Shown here: piece after piece, positions 11,101-19,736 of the stretch
How the letters are laid out: each line of letters begins with the position of its first letter
Position numbering within the stretch: position 1 is the stretch's first letter
Assembly: GCA_046734175.1 (NCBI GenBank)
Contig: JBKPQR010000031.1
Span: 2,120-66,119 of the forward strand
Length of the DNA: 64,000 nt
Direction of reading: 5' to 3'
DNA from: Verrucomicrobiota bacterium
GTDB lineage: Bacteria > Verrucomicrobiota > Verrucomicrobiia > Chthoniobacterales > UBA10450
The notes under the pieces: generated by a model
Seen by the model: the letters and a program-made list of their open reading frames with translations, nothing else
Told to the model about the DNA's origin: nothing
Databases searched by the model: none
Translations under genes and position numbers: made by a program

Positions 11101-11355
11101 CTGCATCGGGTGGAAAAGGAATGGCGCGACCGCTTCGGCTCATTTCCCGAAGCGGTGAAAAATCTCGTCCTTCTCACACAGATTAAACTCGCCGCCGCGC
11201 GCCAGCAGATCACCCGGGTGGAGACCCGTGAGAACAAACTGCTGCTCACCCGCCGTGGAGATTTTATACTTGTCGCAGGCAAATTCCCTCGTTTAGTGAC
11301 ACCGGAATTGCAGGAGCGGCTGGCGGAAATTCTTGAGCTGCTTCGGAAGCTTTGA
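8131..11355 (+). CDS. mfd: transcription-repair coupling factor
   Basis: 1074 aa with a CarD-like domain (FVVHLEHGIGRF), DEAD-box helicase motifs (GDVGFGKTEV, DEEQRFG) and a TRCF C-terminal domain. Confidence 0.95.
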   Translation: MEKNRHAFLLELAARAEPIAQKLRDIAGARFPVFFSHVIESAQSFLAAIIARAIGQSIWVVCPTVRSQELFFESIVNWIPGALFLPEVELGAVENILPDPEIAAERLALLSLIEKQPARQLIVATRTALSQSAPQVGALRSSTLELRAGATMNMELLLRSLTQAGYERVAQVSTRGHFAVRGGIVDVFSWQAAQPVRAEFLGDEIESLREFDLDTQVSIRSLDQCSVLLSAMDDSTGTVRDYIHGLVLEVEPELSEGKSGREPHLRLAPPAHIQISEGWLNSAPGEKATTGEEDFAAAFVEPDIPEFGSGDFMLAEAKRGQFAMRLRDWRNQNSTVAIYFQTEGEIERFREIIPPDALAGVELLEGTLSRGFSFPAANLVVLSANELLGRFPVHARRRLQRAERRNRAPIDFSELNEGEFVVHLEHGIGRFLGIVELPGERSAAASEVLALEFADEAKLYVPLEQAYLVSRYVGVGKKSPALSSLADGKWARAKKSASASIFDYAGRMLALQAERQTNAGHAFGPDTKWQAEFEHSFPYRETPDQLTAIIETKRDMEQPRPMDRLLCGDVGFGKTEVAIRAAFKAVMEGKQVAVLAPTTVLAQQHLETFQQRMLEYPIRIEMLSRFRSHATQKKIVSLLREGGIDIIIGTHRLISGDVAFKNLGLVVIDEEQRFGVLHKEKFKELFKLVDVLTLSATPIPRTLYLSLVGVKDMSTIETPPQNRLPVETVVCGYDERIIRDAINRELERQGQVYFLHNRVQSIEKVRDRMAELCPQARIEFAHGQMDSDELEAVMHRFVQGKIDVLVCTTIIESGLDIPNANTIIIDRADRFGLADLYQLRGRVGRAEHKAYAYLLLPREMMTLGAARKRINAIKQYSSLGAGFRIAMRDLEIRGAGSILGTAQSGHIMAVGFDLYCQLLKQAVAQLKGTKTRWRLDIEVRLDFVTSNEAELVREQTARPVPAFIPRAYIDEPPLRIQAYRRLAEVTTADELHRVEKEWRDRFGSFPEAVKNLVLLTQIKLAAARQQITRVETRENKLLLTRRGDFILVAGKFPRLVTPELQERLAEILELLRKL

Positions 11356-11358
11356 ACT

Positions 11359-12330
11359 ATGGTTCGTTTCCTACTTATTGGTCTTGTCGGAATACTTTTG
11401 CCGTTAACTCCGCTTTGTCGCGGCGCGCTCGCGGCCGGGCCTGAGGTGATTGATGGCATCGCTGCGCTGGTGAACAGCGACGTGATCACCTATTCCCAGG
11501 TGCGCTCCGTTTCCGCGCCAAAGGAGAAATTGCTGCGTTCGCAGTTCCGCGGCGAGGAATTGGCGGCCAAGATCAGGGAGGCTCGCGCCGCTGCGCTCAA
11601 GGATTTGATCGATCGTCAGCTCATCATCCAGGCATTCAAGAAGGAGGGATACCAGATTCCCGACCATTTTCTGGACGAGCAGCTGAAGGAGATCATCCAG
11701 GAAAATTTTGGGGGCGACCGCAATACTTTTGTCAAGACGCTTCAGGCGCAGAACTATACTTTGGGCGAATTCAGAAAGGCGGAAATGGACAAGATGATTG
11801 TGCAGGCGATGCGCCACAAAAATGCGCATCTCGACACGCTCATCTCCCCGAACCGCGTCCAGGATTATTACCGGCAACATCGCGACGAGTTCACGAGCAA
11901 GGAGCAGATCAAACTGCGTTTGATCATGATTCCCGCGCACGCGGCGGATCAGGCGGCGCAGAAAGCGATGGCCGAGGAAATCCTGAGCAAGCTGGTCAAC
12001 GGCGCCGAATTCGAACGCATCGCGCAAATCTACTCCGAGGACAGCACGCGCGATCTCGGTGGTGATTGGGGCTGGGTCGAGCGAGGCACGCTCGCGGCCC
12101 CTTTGGAGAAGGTGGCCTTTAATCTACCACTCGGAAAAATCAGCAGCATCATCGATCTCGCAGGCAACTACTACATTCTCAAAGTGGAAGATAAACGTGG
12201 CGGCGTGACGCGGCCCTTTGCCGAAGTTCGCGAAGAAATCGAGAAGAAACTGCTTCAGGAAGAAGCGCAGCAGAAGCAGGAGCGCTGGCTCGCCAGTTTA
12301 CGCCAGAAAGCTTACATCAAGACTTTCTGA
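11359..12330 (+). CDS. SurA-like peptidyl-prolyl isomerase (parvulin/PpiC type)
   Basis: Signal peptide, SurA-N-like region (IAALVNSDVITYSQV) and a rotamase domain (FERIAQIYSEDSTRDLGGDWGWV). Confidence 0.85.
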   Translation: MVRFLLIGLVGILLPLTPLCRGALAAGPEVIDGIAALVNSDVITYSQVRSVSAPKEKLLRSQFRGEELAAKIREARAAALKDLIDRQLIIQAFKKEGYQIPDHFLDEQLKEIIQENFGGDRNTFVKTLQAQNYTLGEFRKAEMDKMIVQAMRHKNAHLDTLISPNRVQDYYRQHRDEFTSKEQIKLRLIMIPAHAADQAAQKAMAEEILSKLVNGAEFERIAQIYSEDSTRDLGGDWGWVERGTLAAPLEKVAFNLPLGKISSIIDLAGNYYILKVEDKRGGVTRPFAEVREEIEKKLLQEEAQQKQERWLASLRQKAYIKTF

Positions 12331-12371
12331 GCGCCTCTCGATTGCGAAGCTCTTAGCTTACGAGAGAATGC

Positions 12372-13247
12372 GTGATGCCAGCGCGTATCGGCATCACGCT
12401 CGGAGATCCCGCCGGGATAGGACCTGAGGTCATTGAGAAGGCACTTGCTTCCGGCAAGCTGCACGAAAATGCTGAGCTCCACTTAATTGGCCAGCGCGGT
12501 GATATCGGAGCTGGTCGTCCCACTCGAGACTCTGCCCAAGCAGCTCTGGCGGCAATGGAAGAAGCGGCCCGCCTGGCTAACTCAGGCCAGATCGACGCCA
12601 TCGTCACCGGCCCCATTCACAAAGCGCGCATGGCTGAAATCGGTTTTAGCTTCCCCGGCCAAACCGAATTCTTCGCCCACCGCTCCAGCACAACAAACTT
12701 CGCCATGCTCCTCACCGCTGGGGAAATCACCGTCGCGCTCGTTACCACTCACATTCCGCTACGCGGAGTTCCCCGCGCGCTCACAACATCAGAGATTGTG
12801 CGGGTAGGGAGATTGCTCGCCGGTTTTATTCTCAAACGTGGCGCCAGCAGACTCCGGATTGCGGTTGCTGGGCTGAATCCCCATGCCGGCGAAAGCGGAA
12901 AAATTGGAACCGAAGAGCTCGAAGTTATCCAGCCCGCTGTGCACGAATTACAATCGGCGATCGGCAATCGGCAATCGGCAATATTCGAAGGCCCCATTTC
13001 CCCCGATACTCTCTTCTATCATCTCGCTCGCGGTAAATGGGATGCCGCTCTTTGCATGTATCACGATCAGGGACTGATCCCGCTCAAGCTCCATAGCTTC
13101 GATCAGGGCGTAAACGTCACCCTTGGCCTCCCCTACCCGCGCACCAGTCCCGACCACGGCACAGCTTTCGACATTGCCGGCAAAAACGTTGCGCGACCCG
13201 AGAGCATGATCGCGGCAATCAACCTCGCCATCGAGCTCGCCTCCTGA
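12372..13247 (+). CDS. pdxA: 4-hydroxythreonine-4-phosphate dehydrogenase
   Basis: GDPAGIGPEV, TGPIHK, NPHAGE, MYHDQGL and HGTAFDIAGK motifs. Confidence 0.9.
   Translation: MMPARIGITLGDPAGIGPEVIEKALASGKLHENAELHLIGQRGDIGAGRPTRDSAQAALAAMEEAARLANSGQIDAIVTGPIHKARMAEIGFSFPGQTEFFAHRSSTTNFAMLLTAGEITVALVTTHIPLRGVPRALTTSEIVRVGRLLAGFILKRGASRLRIAVAGLNPHAGESGKIGTEELEVIQPAVHELQSAIGNRQSAIFEGPISPDTLFYHLARGKWDAALCMYHDQGLIPLKLHSFDQGVNVTLGLPYPRTSPDHGTAFDIAGKNVARPESMIAAINLAIELAS
12951..12982 (+). repeat. heptanucleotide tandem repeat (CRATCGG x about 4.5) inside pdxA
   Basis: caatcgg cgatcgg caatcgg caatcgg caat, read directly. It encodes QSAIGNRQSAI in a loop that is longer than in E. coli PdxA. Confidence 0.9.
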
Positions 13248-14057
13248 ATGGACCTGGTTAAATACGGGACGGTTTTTAATATCGGGCTCCAGAACACCTT
13301 TGTTTACAGGTGGAATTACTTCCTCCGCGCCCTCTTCGGACTCATCCCGCTCGCCGGAACAGTCTTCCTTTGGAGCGCCATCTTCAAGGAGCCGGGAGGC
13401 GGCGGCTTCGGCGGCTACAATTACGGCTCGATGATTTACTACTACCTTCTCACGATCCTCGCCTCCAACCTGATCACCCCCACGGAAGACGACTGGCAAA
13501 TCGCGGCCGATATTCGAGAAGGCCAAATCAATTCGTTCCTCACCAAGCCGCTGAGCTACCTCAGCTACCGCACCAGCATCTTCCTGGCTGCTCGACTCGT
13601 TTACACTGCCGTAACAATCATACCAATCGCGCTGATATTCTTGTATTTCCGTGACTACCTCCAATTTCCTCACAGCCCAGCGACATGGCTGCTCAGCATG
13701 ATCTCACTTCTCATGGCAGCATTTATCCAGTTCTTCATGACCTACGCGCTCGCTATGATGGCATTCTGGATCCTCGAGATCTCCACTATTGTATTCATTG
13801 TCTATTCTTTCGAGTACTTCCTCGGCGGTCAGATGTTCCCCATCGACATCATGCCTGCCGGAGTGCAGGTAGTAATGAAATGGCTCCCCTTCTACTACGA
13901 GCTATTTTGTCCAATCGCCATCTTCCTCGAGCGACTCCGCGGGGCTCGGCTAATAGAAGCACTAACTATCCAGGCGGGGTGGTTAATTGTGACTTGGGCC
14001 ATAGCTCACTTCATGTGGAAGCGGGGCCTTGGGCATTACCAGGCAGTCGGCGGGTAG
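13248..14057 (+). CDS. ABC-2 family (DUF990-type) transporter permease
   Basis: 269-aa multi-TM protein that starts 1 nt after the pdxA stop. It resembles the paired DUF990 permeases; the partner gene lies at 17656. Confidence 0.7.
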   Translation: MDLVKYGTVFNIGLQNTFVYRWNYFLRALFGLIPLAGTVFLWSAIFKEPGGGGFGGYNYGSMIYYYLLTILASNLITPTEDDWQIAADIREGQINSFLTKPLSYLSYRTSIFLAARLVYTAVTIIPIALIFLYFRDYLQFPHSPATWLLSMISLLMAAFIQFFMTYALAMMAFWILEISTIVFIVYSFEYFLGGQMFPIDIMPAGVQVVMKWLPFYYELFCPIAIFLERLRGARLIEALTIQAGWLIVTWAIAHFMWKRGLGHYQAVGG

Positions 14058-14065
14058 CTTCGCGG

Positions 14066-14428
14066 CTACCGGTCAGATGTTACCGGTAACCCAGCCGCTT
14101 TCCACGCCTTTAGTCCGCCGGCCATGGAGCGCACGTTTTTGTAGCCCATCTTTTGCAAACTTTCCGCCGCCAGGGCAGAACGACCGCCGCCGCCACAATG
14201 GCAGATGATCATCGCATTCGAATCAGGAACTTTTTCCTCGACGTCCAGCTCAAGGGTGCCCCGGCTAAGATGAACCGCGTTTGCAATGTGACCCTCTTCC
14301 CATTCATCCGCTTCGCGCACATCGACAATCACGGCCTCGCCGTTCCTGGCTTTCTCCGCCGCTTCTGCGGGCGCGATCTCAACTACGCTCTTCTTTGCCT
14401 CTCCAACCAGTTTTTCAAAACGAGTCAT
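14066..14428 (-). CDS. rhodanese-like sulfurtransferase domain protein
   Basis: Active-site loop CHCGGGGRS and the flanking DVREADEWEEGHI motif. Confidence 0.9.
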   Translation of the reverse strand: MTRFEKLVGEAKKSVVEIAPAEAAEKARNGEAVIVDVREADEWEEGHIANAVHLSRGTLELDVEEKVPDSNAMIICHCGGGGRSALAAESLQKMGYKNVRSMAGGLKAWKAAGLPVTSDR

Positions 14429-14443
14429 AGGTAACAAATCCAG

Positions 14444-15661
14444 TTATTCATAACGCAGCGCATCAATAGGATCGAGCCGCGATGCCGTGCGCGCCGGGTA
14501 AAATCCGAAGAAGATGCCCACGGCAGCGCTGACCAGCAGCGCGAGCAGGATTGAGCTGGGCGAAATGAGCGATGGCCAATGTTTCCATGCCGACAAGGTC
14601 TTGGAAGCTGCGATCCCAGCGACGATGCCGAGCAATCCTCCCACCGCGCTGAGGGCGACCGCTTCAATAAGAAACTGCGTGAGAATATCGCGCCCATGCG
14701 CACCCACCGCCATGCGCGTGCCGATCTCGCGCGTTCGTTCCGTCACACTCACGAGCATTATATTCATGATGCCAATGCCGCCGACCACAAGCGAGACGCC
14801 GGCGATAGCCCCCAGCAAACCGGTCATGACATCAGTCGCGGCGGTCTGTGCGTCGGCGATTTCCTGCTGATTGCGCACCGTGAAATCGTCGTCACGCCCA
14901 GCGCGGATATTATGCCGCGCACGAAGCAGCTCGATGATTTGTTGCTGGGCTATTGCCAATTCGCTGGCATCGGCAATCCCGACGTTGATGCTGCGCAAGA
15001 TCGTCCCGCCGGAAACGCGTTTCATCGCGCTGCTGTAGGGAATCACCACCACATCATCCTGATCGATACCCTGCATGCTCAATCCCTTCGAACTCAAAAG
15101 ACCAACAACGGTGAAAGGCACGTTCTTGATCCGCAATGTCTGGCCGATGGGATCATCGTTGCCATAAATTTGCGAGGCGGTGGTTTTGCCGATGACGCAG
15201 ACCTTGTTCGCGCTCCGCACGTCCTGCGGCGTAAAAGAGGCGCCTTCCGCCAGCGGCCATGCGCGAATATCGAAGTACTCGGCCGACTCGCCCATCACAC
15301 GGGTGAGCCAGTTCTGGTTACCGGCCGCGACTTGCGCAGTTGAAGCCACTTCTTCGCTCACCGCGACCACACCAGGGACCTCGCGCCGGATCGCTTCGGC
15401 GTCTTCCACCTTCAGCGTCCCTGCCCCACCCCAGCCGGTGCGGATTCCGCTCGAAGTCGTGCTGCCAGAGAAAATCAGAATCACATTCTGCCCGAGGCTG
15501 GCAATCTGTGCCTCCACCTGCGCGCGGGCGCCGCTGCCGATTCCAACCATGGCAATGACCGCGCCCACACCGATGATAATGCCAAGAGCGGTAAGTGCGG
15601 AACGCAGCTTGTTTCGACGCAGAGCACGGAAGGCGATTTTAAAGGTCGAGCCGAGTCTCAT
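14444..15661 (-). CDS. MacB-like ABC efflux permease (FtsX family)
   Basis: 405 aa: N-terminal TM, a periplasmic MacB_PCD-like domain and a C-terminal FtsX 3-TM bundle ending DPIDALRYE. Confidence 0.9.
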   Translation of the reverse strand: MRLGSTFKIAFRALRRNKLRSALTALGIIIGVGAVIAMVGIGSGARAQVEAQIASLGQNVILIFSGSTTSSGIRTGWGGAGTLKVEDAEAIRREVPGVVAVSEEVASTAQVAAGNQNWLTRVMGESAEYFDIRAWPLAEGASFTPQDVRSANKVCVIGKTTASQIYGNDDPIGQTLRIKNVPFTVVGLLSSKGLSMQGIDQDDVVVIPYSSAMKRVSGGTILRSINVGIADASELAIAQQQIIELLRARHNIRAGRDDDFTVRNQQEIADAQTAATDVMTGLLGAIAGVSLVVGGIGIMNIMLVSVTERTREIGTRMAVGAHGRDILTQFLIEAVALSAVGGLLGIVAGIAASKTLSAWKHWPSLISPSSILLALLVSAAVGIFFGFYPARTASRLDPIDALRYE

Positions 15662-15682
15662 GGAATTACGGCCGCGAATGAG

Positions 15683-16420
15683 TCAGCTCTTTGACTCCTC
15701 ACTTGCCGAAAGGCGCTGTTTCACCGGTTGATCATCCTGCACCAGTCCGTCGCGCATCACCACGTCGCGTCGCGCGTAGGAGGCGATGTCGGGCTCGTGT
15801 GTCACCATGATGATGGTAATACCGCGATCGTTCAATTGCTGAAAAATTCCCATGATCTCGATGCTGGTGCGACTATCGAGATTGCCCGTTGGTTCGTCCG
15901 CGAGAAGCACCTCCGGGTCGTTGATCAGAGCGCGCGCAATCGCCACCCGCTGTTGCTGTCCGCCGGAGAGCTGACTTGGATGATGATCTTCGCGACCGGC
16001 GAGCCCGACGGAGGCGAGCACTTCATCAGCTTTCTCGCGCAGCTGCTGATTGGTGCGCTGCCGTTTCCCGTAGAGCAATGGCAGTTCCACGTTTTCCCGC
16101 GCGGACGTGCGCGGAAGAAGATTGAAGTTTTGAAATACGAACCCGAGTTTGCCATTGCGAATGTCGGCGAGTTCGTCGCGGTTAAGATGCGAAATGTCGG
16201 CGCCGTCGAGGATGTAGCGGCCTGCCGTCGGCCGATCGAGGCAGCCGAGAATATTCATCAGCGTCGATTTGCCCGAGCCGCTTGCGCCCATAAGGGCGAC
16301 GAATTCGCCGCGCGCGATTTCCAGTGAGACGCCGCGCACGGCCTGCACTTCCATCTCGCCGCTGCGATATGTTTTGTGCACATCGTCCAATCGAACAACG
16401 CTTGCCGCTCCTCCGGCCAT
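15683..16420 (-). CDS. ABC transporter ATP-binding protein (MacB/LolD type)
   Basis: Walker [10 protein letters not shown], signature [15 protein letters not shown] and Walker [12 protein letters not shown]. Confidence 0.95.
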   Translation of the reverse strand: MAGGAASVVRLDDVHKTYRSGEMEVQAVRGVSLEIARGEFVALMGASGSGKSTLMNILGCLDRPTAGRYILDGADISHLNRDELADIRNGKLGFVFQNFNLLPRTSARENVELPLLYGKRQRTNQQLREKADEVLASVGLAGREDHHPSQLSGGQQQRVAIARALINDPEVLLADEPTGNLDSRTSIEIMGIFQQLNDRGITIIMVTHEPDIASYARRDVVMRDGLVQDDQPVKQRLSASEESKS

Positions 16421-16426
16421 ACCTCG

Positions 16427-17623
16427 TTAGAAACGGCGCGGTGCGCCGCCGAACGGATTCGCCTGCTGCGAAGCATTCGGAGCACTCACCTGCGCGGTCA
16501 CGACGCGATCGTTTTCTTTCAGGCCTTCGACGACTTCGATTGCAATTCCATCGCTAATTCCGGTCCTGATTTGCACCGGAACCGGCTTGTTGCCGCGCAA
16601 AGCATAGACGGTGCGTTGCGTGCGATGCCCGCGCTCGCCTCCATGCCCGCGCTCGCCGCGCGAGCGAGCCTCCGCTGCGCCAGGCGGCGTCGTCGCGCCG
16701 GCCGGGCGGTACCGCAGCGCCGCGTTCGCTACTTTCAGCACGTCGTCCTTGTGAGCGATGACAAATGAGACGTTTGCCGTCATCCCGGGCTTTAATTTAA
16801 GGTCGGCATTGCTGACGCTGATGACGGTGTCGTACGTGACAACATTCTGCACCGTGATCGGCGCGTTACGCACCTGCACAACTTTGCCGTGGAAGGTGCG
16901 GCTGGGAAATGCGTCCACGGTGAAATCGACCGACTGATCTTTCTCCACCGCACCCACATCAGCCTCTGCCACATTGGCATCGATTTGCATTTTGGTGAGG
17001 TCATTGGCAATGGTGAAAATAACCGGGGCTTGCAGACTTGCGGCCACCGTTTGGCCGACATCGACGCTGCGCGAAATCACGGTGCCGTCGATAGGCGAAG
17101 TGATCGTGCAATGCTCCAGATCAGCCTTTGCCTTTTGCAGCGCGCCCTCTTTGATTTTCACATTCGCTTCCGCCTGGTGCAGATTGGCGAGCGCGGCATC
17201 GAGCTCAGACTGCGCTGAACTTTGTTTTGCCACCAGTGCCTGCGCCCGATTGGCATTGAGCCGCGCAAGCTCAAGTGCGGCCTGCGCGCTGGCCAGATCA
17301 CCCTCCGCTTGAGTGACAGTTGCCTGAAACGTCACCGGATCGATCTGCGCCACCGTCTGCCCGGCTTTCACATCGGAATTAAAATCGACGAACAGTTTCT
17401 GAATATTGCCCGAAACCTGACTGCCAACCTGAACGTTCACCACCGGGTTGAGTGTGCCGGTGGCAGTCACCGACTGCGTGATCGGACCGCGAGTCACCGC
17501 CGTGGTTTGAAATTCCGCGCCGCCTGAATTTCGGCAGCGGCTCAGGGCGAAGCCGGCAACGAGCAGCACTGCCAGCGCCACAAGCAGGGCGTTGCGCCGT
17601 CTCATTTGTTTGCCGCTTCGCAA
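16427..17623 (-). CDS. efflux periplasmic adaptor (HlyD/MacA family)
   Basis: TM anchor, coiled-coil hairpin and beta-barrel segments typical of MFP adaptors. First gene of the efflux operon. Confidence 0.9.
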   Translation of the reverse strand: MRSGKQMRRRNALLVALAVLLVAGFALSRCRNSGGAEFQTTAVTRGPITQSVTATGTLNPVVNVQVGSQVSGNIQKLFVDFNSDVKAGQTVAQIDPVTFQATVTQAEGDLASAQAALELARLNANRAQALVAKQSSAQSELDAALANLHQAEANVKIKEGALQKAKADLEHCTITSPIDGTVISRSVDVGQTVAASLQAPVIFTIANDLTKMQIDANVAEADVGAVEKDQSVDFTVDAFPSRTFHGKVVQVRNAPITVQNVVTYDTVISVSNADLKLKPGMTANVSFVIAHKDDVLKVANAALRYRPAGATTPPGAAEARSRGERGHGGERGHRTQRTVYALRGNKPVPVQIRTGISDGIAIEVVEGLKENDRVVTAQVSAPNASQQANPFGGAPRRF

Positions 17624-17655
17624 GGCATAGGCATCATTATAGACAGGGAAACGCC

Positions 17656-18450
17656 ATGCGCCGTTACATCGAAATCTATGGGATCATGCTTCGCAATTCG
17701 CTCATTCGCGAGATGAGCTTTAAGGCGAATTTCATTCTCTGGATGCTGGTCGAGGTGCTCTGGTTTCTCGGCCAGATTGTTTTCTTCAGCATCATCTTCG
17801 GCTCGATCAATCAAATTGGAGACTGGTCGAAATGGGAAGTGGTGCTGCTGGTGGGTACGCATCAGATCATCGCGCAACTCTTCCAGGCATTCTTCTTCGT
17901 CAATGTCGCCAATATTCCCGAACTGGTGCGCACGGGTAAGCTCGATTCCATGCTCGTGCTTCCCATCGACAGCCAGTTCGCCGTCTCGTCCAAGCAATTC
18001 GGGCTGGACAGCGTCGTCAACGCCGCGCTTGGCGGTGTCGTTGTTGTGATCTCGTTAGCGCGCCTGGGATTTGTTCCACAGCCCCTGCACATCGCGCTCT
18101 ATCTTGTCGCGCTCGCCTTCGGCATCGTCATTCATTATTCCATCATGCTCACGCTCGCCGCAGTCAGCTTTTGGATCGTGCGCGCCCAGGGTCTGGTTTA
18201 CGGCTACTTCAACTTCCTCAATATTGCCCGCTACCCCGACGTTATTTACCCGCGTCTCTTCCGTCTCATTTTTAGCTGGTTGATCCCCGTAGTGATCGTG
18301 GCAAACATCCCGGCCCGGGTTCTCATCAAACCTTTGAATGATCCGGTGCTGCTCATGCTTCATCTCATCGTCGCCGCAGCGATCGCCTTCTGGGGCTCAC
18401 GGCTTTTCTGGCATTTTGCTCTCCGGCACTATTCCAGCGCCAGCTCCTAG
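17656..18450 (+). CDS. ABC-2 family (DUF990-type) transporter permease
   Basis: 264-aa multi-TM protein of the same family type as 13248-14057. Confidence 0.7.
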   Translation: MRRYIEIYGIMLRNSLIREMSFKANFILWMLVEVLWFLGQIVFFSIIFGSINQIGDWSKWEVVLLVGTHQIIAQLFQAFFFVNVANIPELVRTGKLDSMLVLPIDSQFAVSSKQFGLDSVVNAALGGVVVVISLARLGFVPQPLHIALYLVALAFGIVIHYSIMLTLAAVSFWIVRAQGLVYGYFNFLNIARYPDVIYPRLFRLIFSWLIPVVIVANIPARVLIKPLNDPVLLMLHLIVAAAIAFWGSRLFWHFALRHYSSASS

Positions 18451-18562
18451 AATTGCATCGGCGAATCCGGCTCGTTTCAAAACCGAAAACTCCGCTTGCG
18501 CCGTTTTCGATTTGTTCTTAATTAGGCGCTCCCCTCGCGCCGCGACTGGCGCAAAATCCGCT

Positions 18563-19231
18563 ATGGCCAAGCCCAAAAATAAAATTTCGCCTCCTAAGCG
18601 TCCGAAGAAGCTGGCGCCGCGCAAGGCTTCTTCCACAAAGAAGGCGGCCAAACCGGCGAAGAAGACGACAGGTGCGCGTTCCGCGCCGAAGAAGGGCCGG
18701 CCCGCTCGTGCAGAATCCGCGCTGATTCTGGCTAACAGTCATCGCCAACGGAAATTGGATCCTTTCGTTCGGGGCCAGAAAGAAAAGCTCTTGCAGCTGC
18801 GCGACGCCATGGTGGACTCGATGGCTGGCGTGGCGCAGGACACGCTGCGCTCGCGCGCGGAAGGAAGTGAAGCTTCCGCTTTCGGCATGCACCAGGCCGA
18901 TGCAGGCTCAGATGCATACGATCGCGATTTCGCCTTGAGTTTACTTTCGCAGGAACAGGACGCGCTTTACGAGATCGATCAGGCGCTGAAGCGGATCGAG
19001 CTCGGCACCTATGGCGTTTGCGAGATGTCCGGCAAACCGATCCCGCGGGCGCGGCTGGAAGCGATTCCGTTTGCCCGATTCACGGTCGAGTGTCAGTCTC
19101 AACTGGAAAAACAGAGCAAGGCGTCGCGCGTGCGGCAATCAGTCACTTCGCTTTTTGGTTTGACCGACGAAGAAGCTCCGGAAACCGAGGAAGAGGGCGA
19201 AACAACCGCGCCCCCGCCGGAGAAAGAATAG
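18563..19231 (+). CDS. DksA/TraR-family protein with Lys/Ala/Pro-rich N-terminal tail and degenerate zinc finger
   Basis: Start at MAKPKNK. The C-terminal [38 protein letters not shown] aligns to the DksA C4 finger but reads CxxS...TxxC. Confidence 0.8.
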   Translation: MAKPKNKISPPKRPKKLAPRKASSTKKAAKPAKKTTGARSAPKKGRPARAESALILANSHRQRKLDPFVRGQKEKLLQLRDAMVDSMAGVAQDTLRSRAEGSEASAFGMHQADAGSDAYDRDFALSLLSQEQDALYEIDQALKRIELGTYGVCEMSGKPIPRARLEAIPFARFTVECQSQLEKQSKASRVRQSVTSLFGLTDEEAPETEEEGETTAPPPEKE

Positions 19232-19233
19232 CC

Positions 19234-19407
19234 ATGCCGCAGGAGATCATCACCCTCGAATGCACAGAGGCGAAGGCCTTGGGGAAACCGGCCTCGCGCT
19301 ACATGTCCACTCGGAATAAAAAAAGCCCGCAAACTCCGAACCGGCTGGAGAAGAAGAAATACAACCCCTTTTTGAAACGGCACACGCTCCATCGGGAAAC
19401 ACGCTGA
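19234..19407 (+). CDS. rpmG: 50S ribosomal protein L33 (Cys-less form)
   Basis: [57 protein letters not shown], with both CxxC pairs replaced (CTEA, NPFL). Confidence 0.9.
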   Translation: MPQEIITLECTEAKALGKPASRYMSTRNKKSPQTPNRLEKKKYNPFLKRHTLHRETR

Positions 19408-19414
19408 CCATTTC

Positions 19415-19654
19415 ATGCAACCGAAAACGCCCAAACGACGTTCCGCTTTTCGCCGCGCCAACCGCATCATGCCACGCCGTCGCATCGATATTGCGGCCGA
19501 AGCGATTGATTACAAGAATCCCGATTTGCTGAGAAAATTTGTGACTGAAAGCGGCAAAATCCTGCCTCGCCGGGTCACGGGGATGCCGGCGCACATGCAC
19601 CGCAAAATCACGCGCGAGATCAAACGCAGCCGGTCCGTGCTGCTCATGAAGTAG
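19415..19654 (+). CDS. rpsR: 30S ribosomal protein S18
   Basis: [26 protein letters not shown]...KRSRSVLLM is the conserved S18 core. Confidence 0.9.
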   Translation: MQPKTPKRRSAFRRANRIMPRRRIDIAAEAIDYKNPDLLRKFVTESGKILPRRVTGMPAHMHRKITREIKRSRSVLLMK

Positions 19655-19736
19655 CTCGTCCGCGCGGTCAATGACCGCCGATTCTCTGCCCGGCCGATTC
19701 TTTATCGGCAACGATTTTCGCGGCCGACATGCGCGC

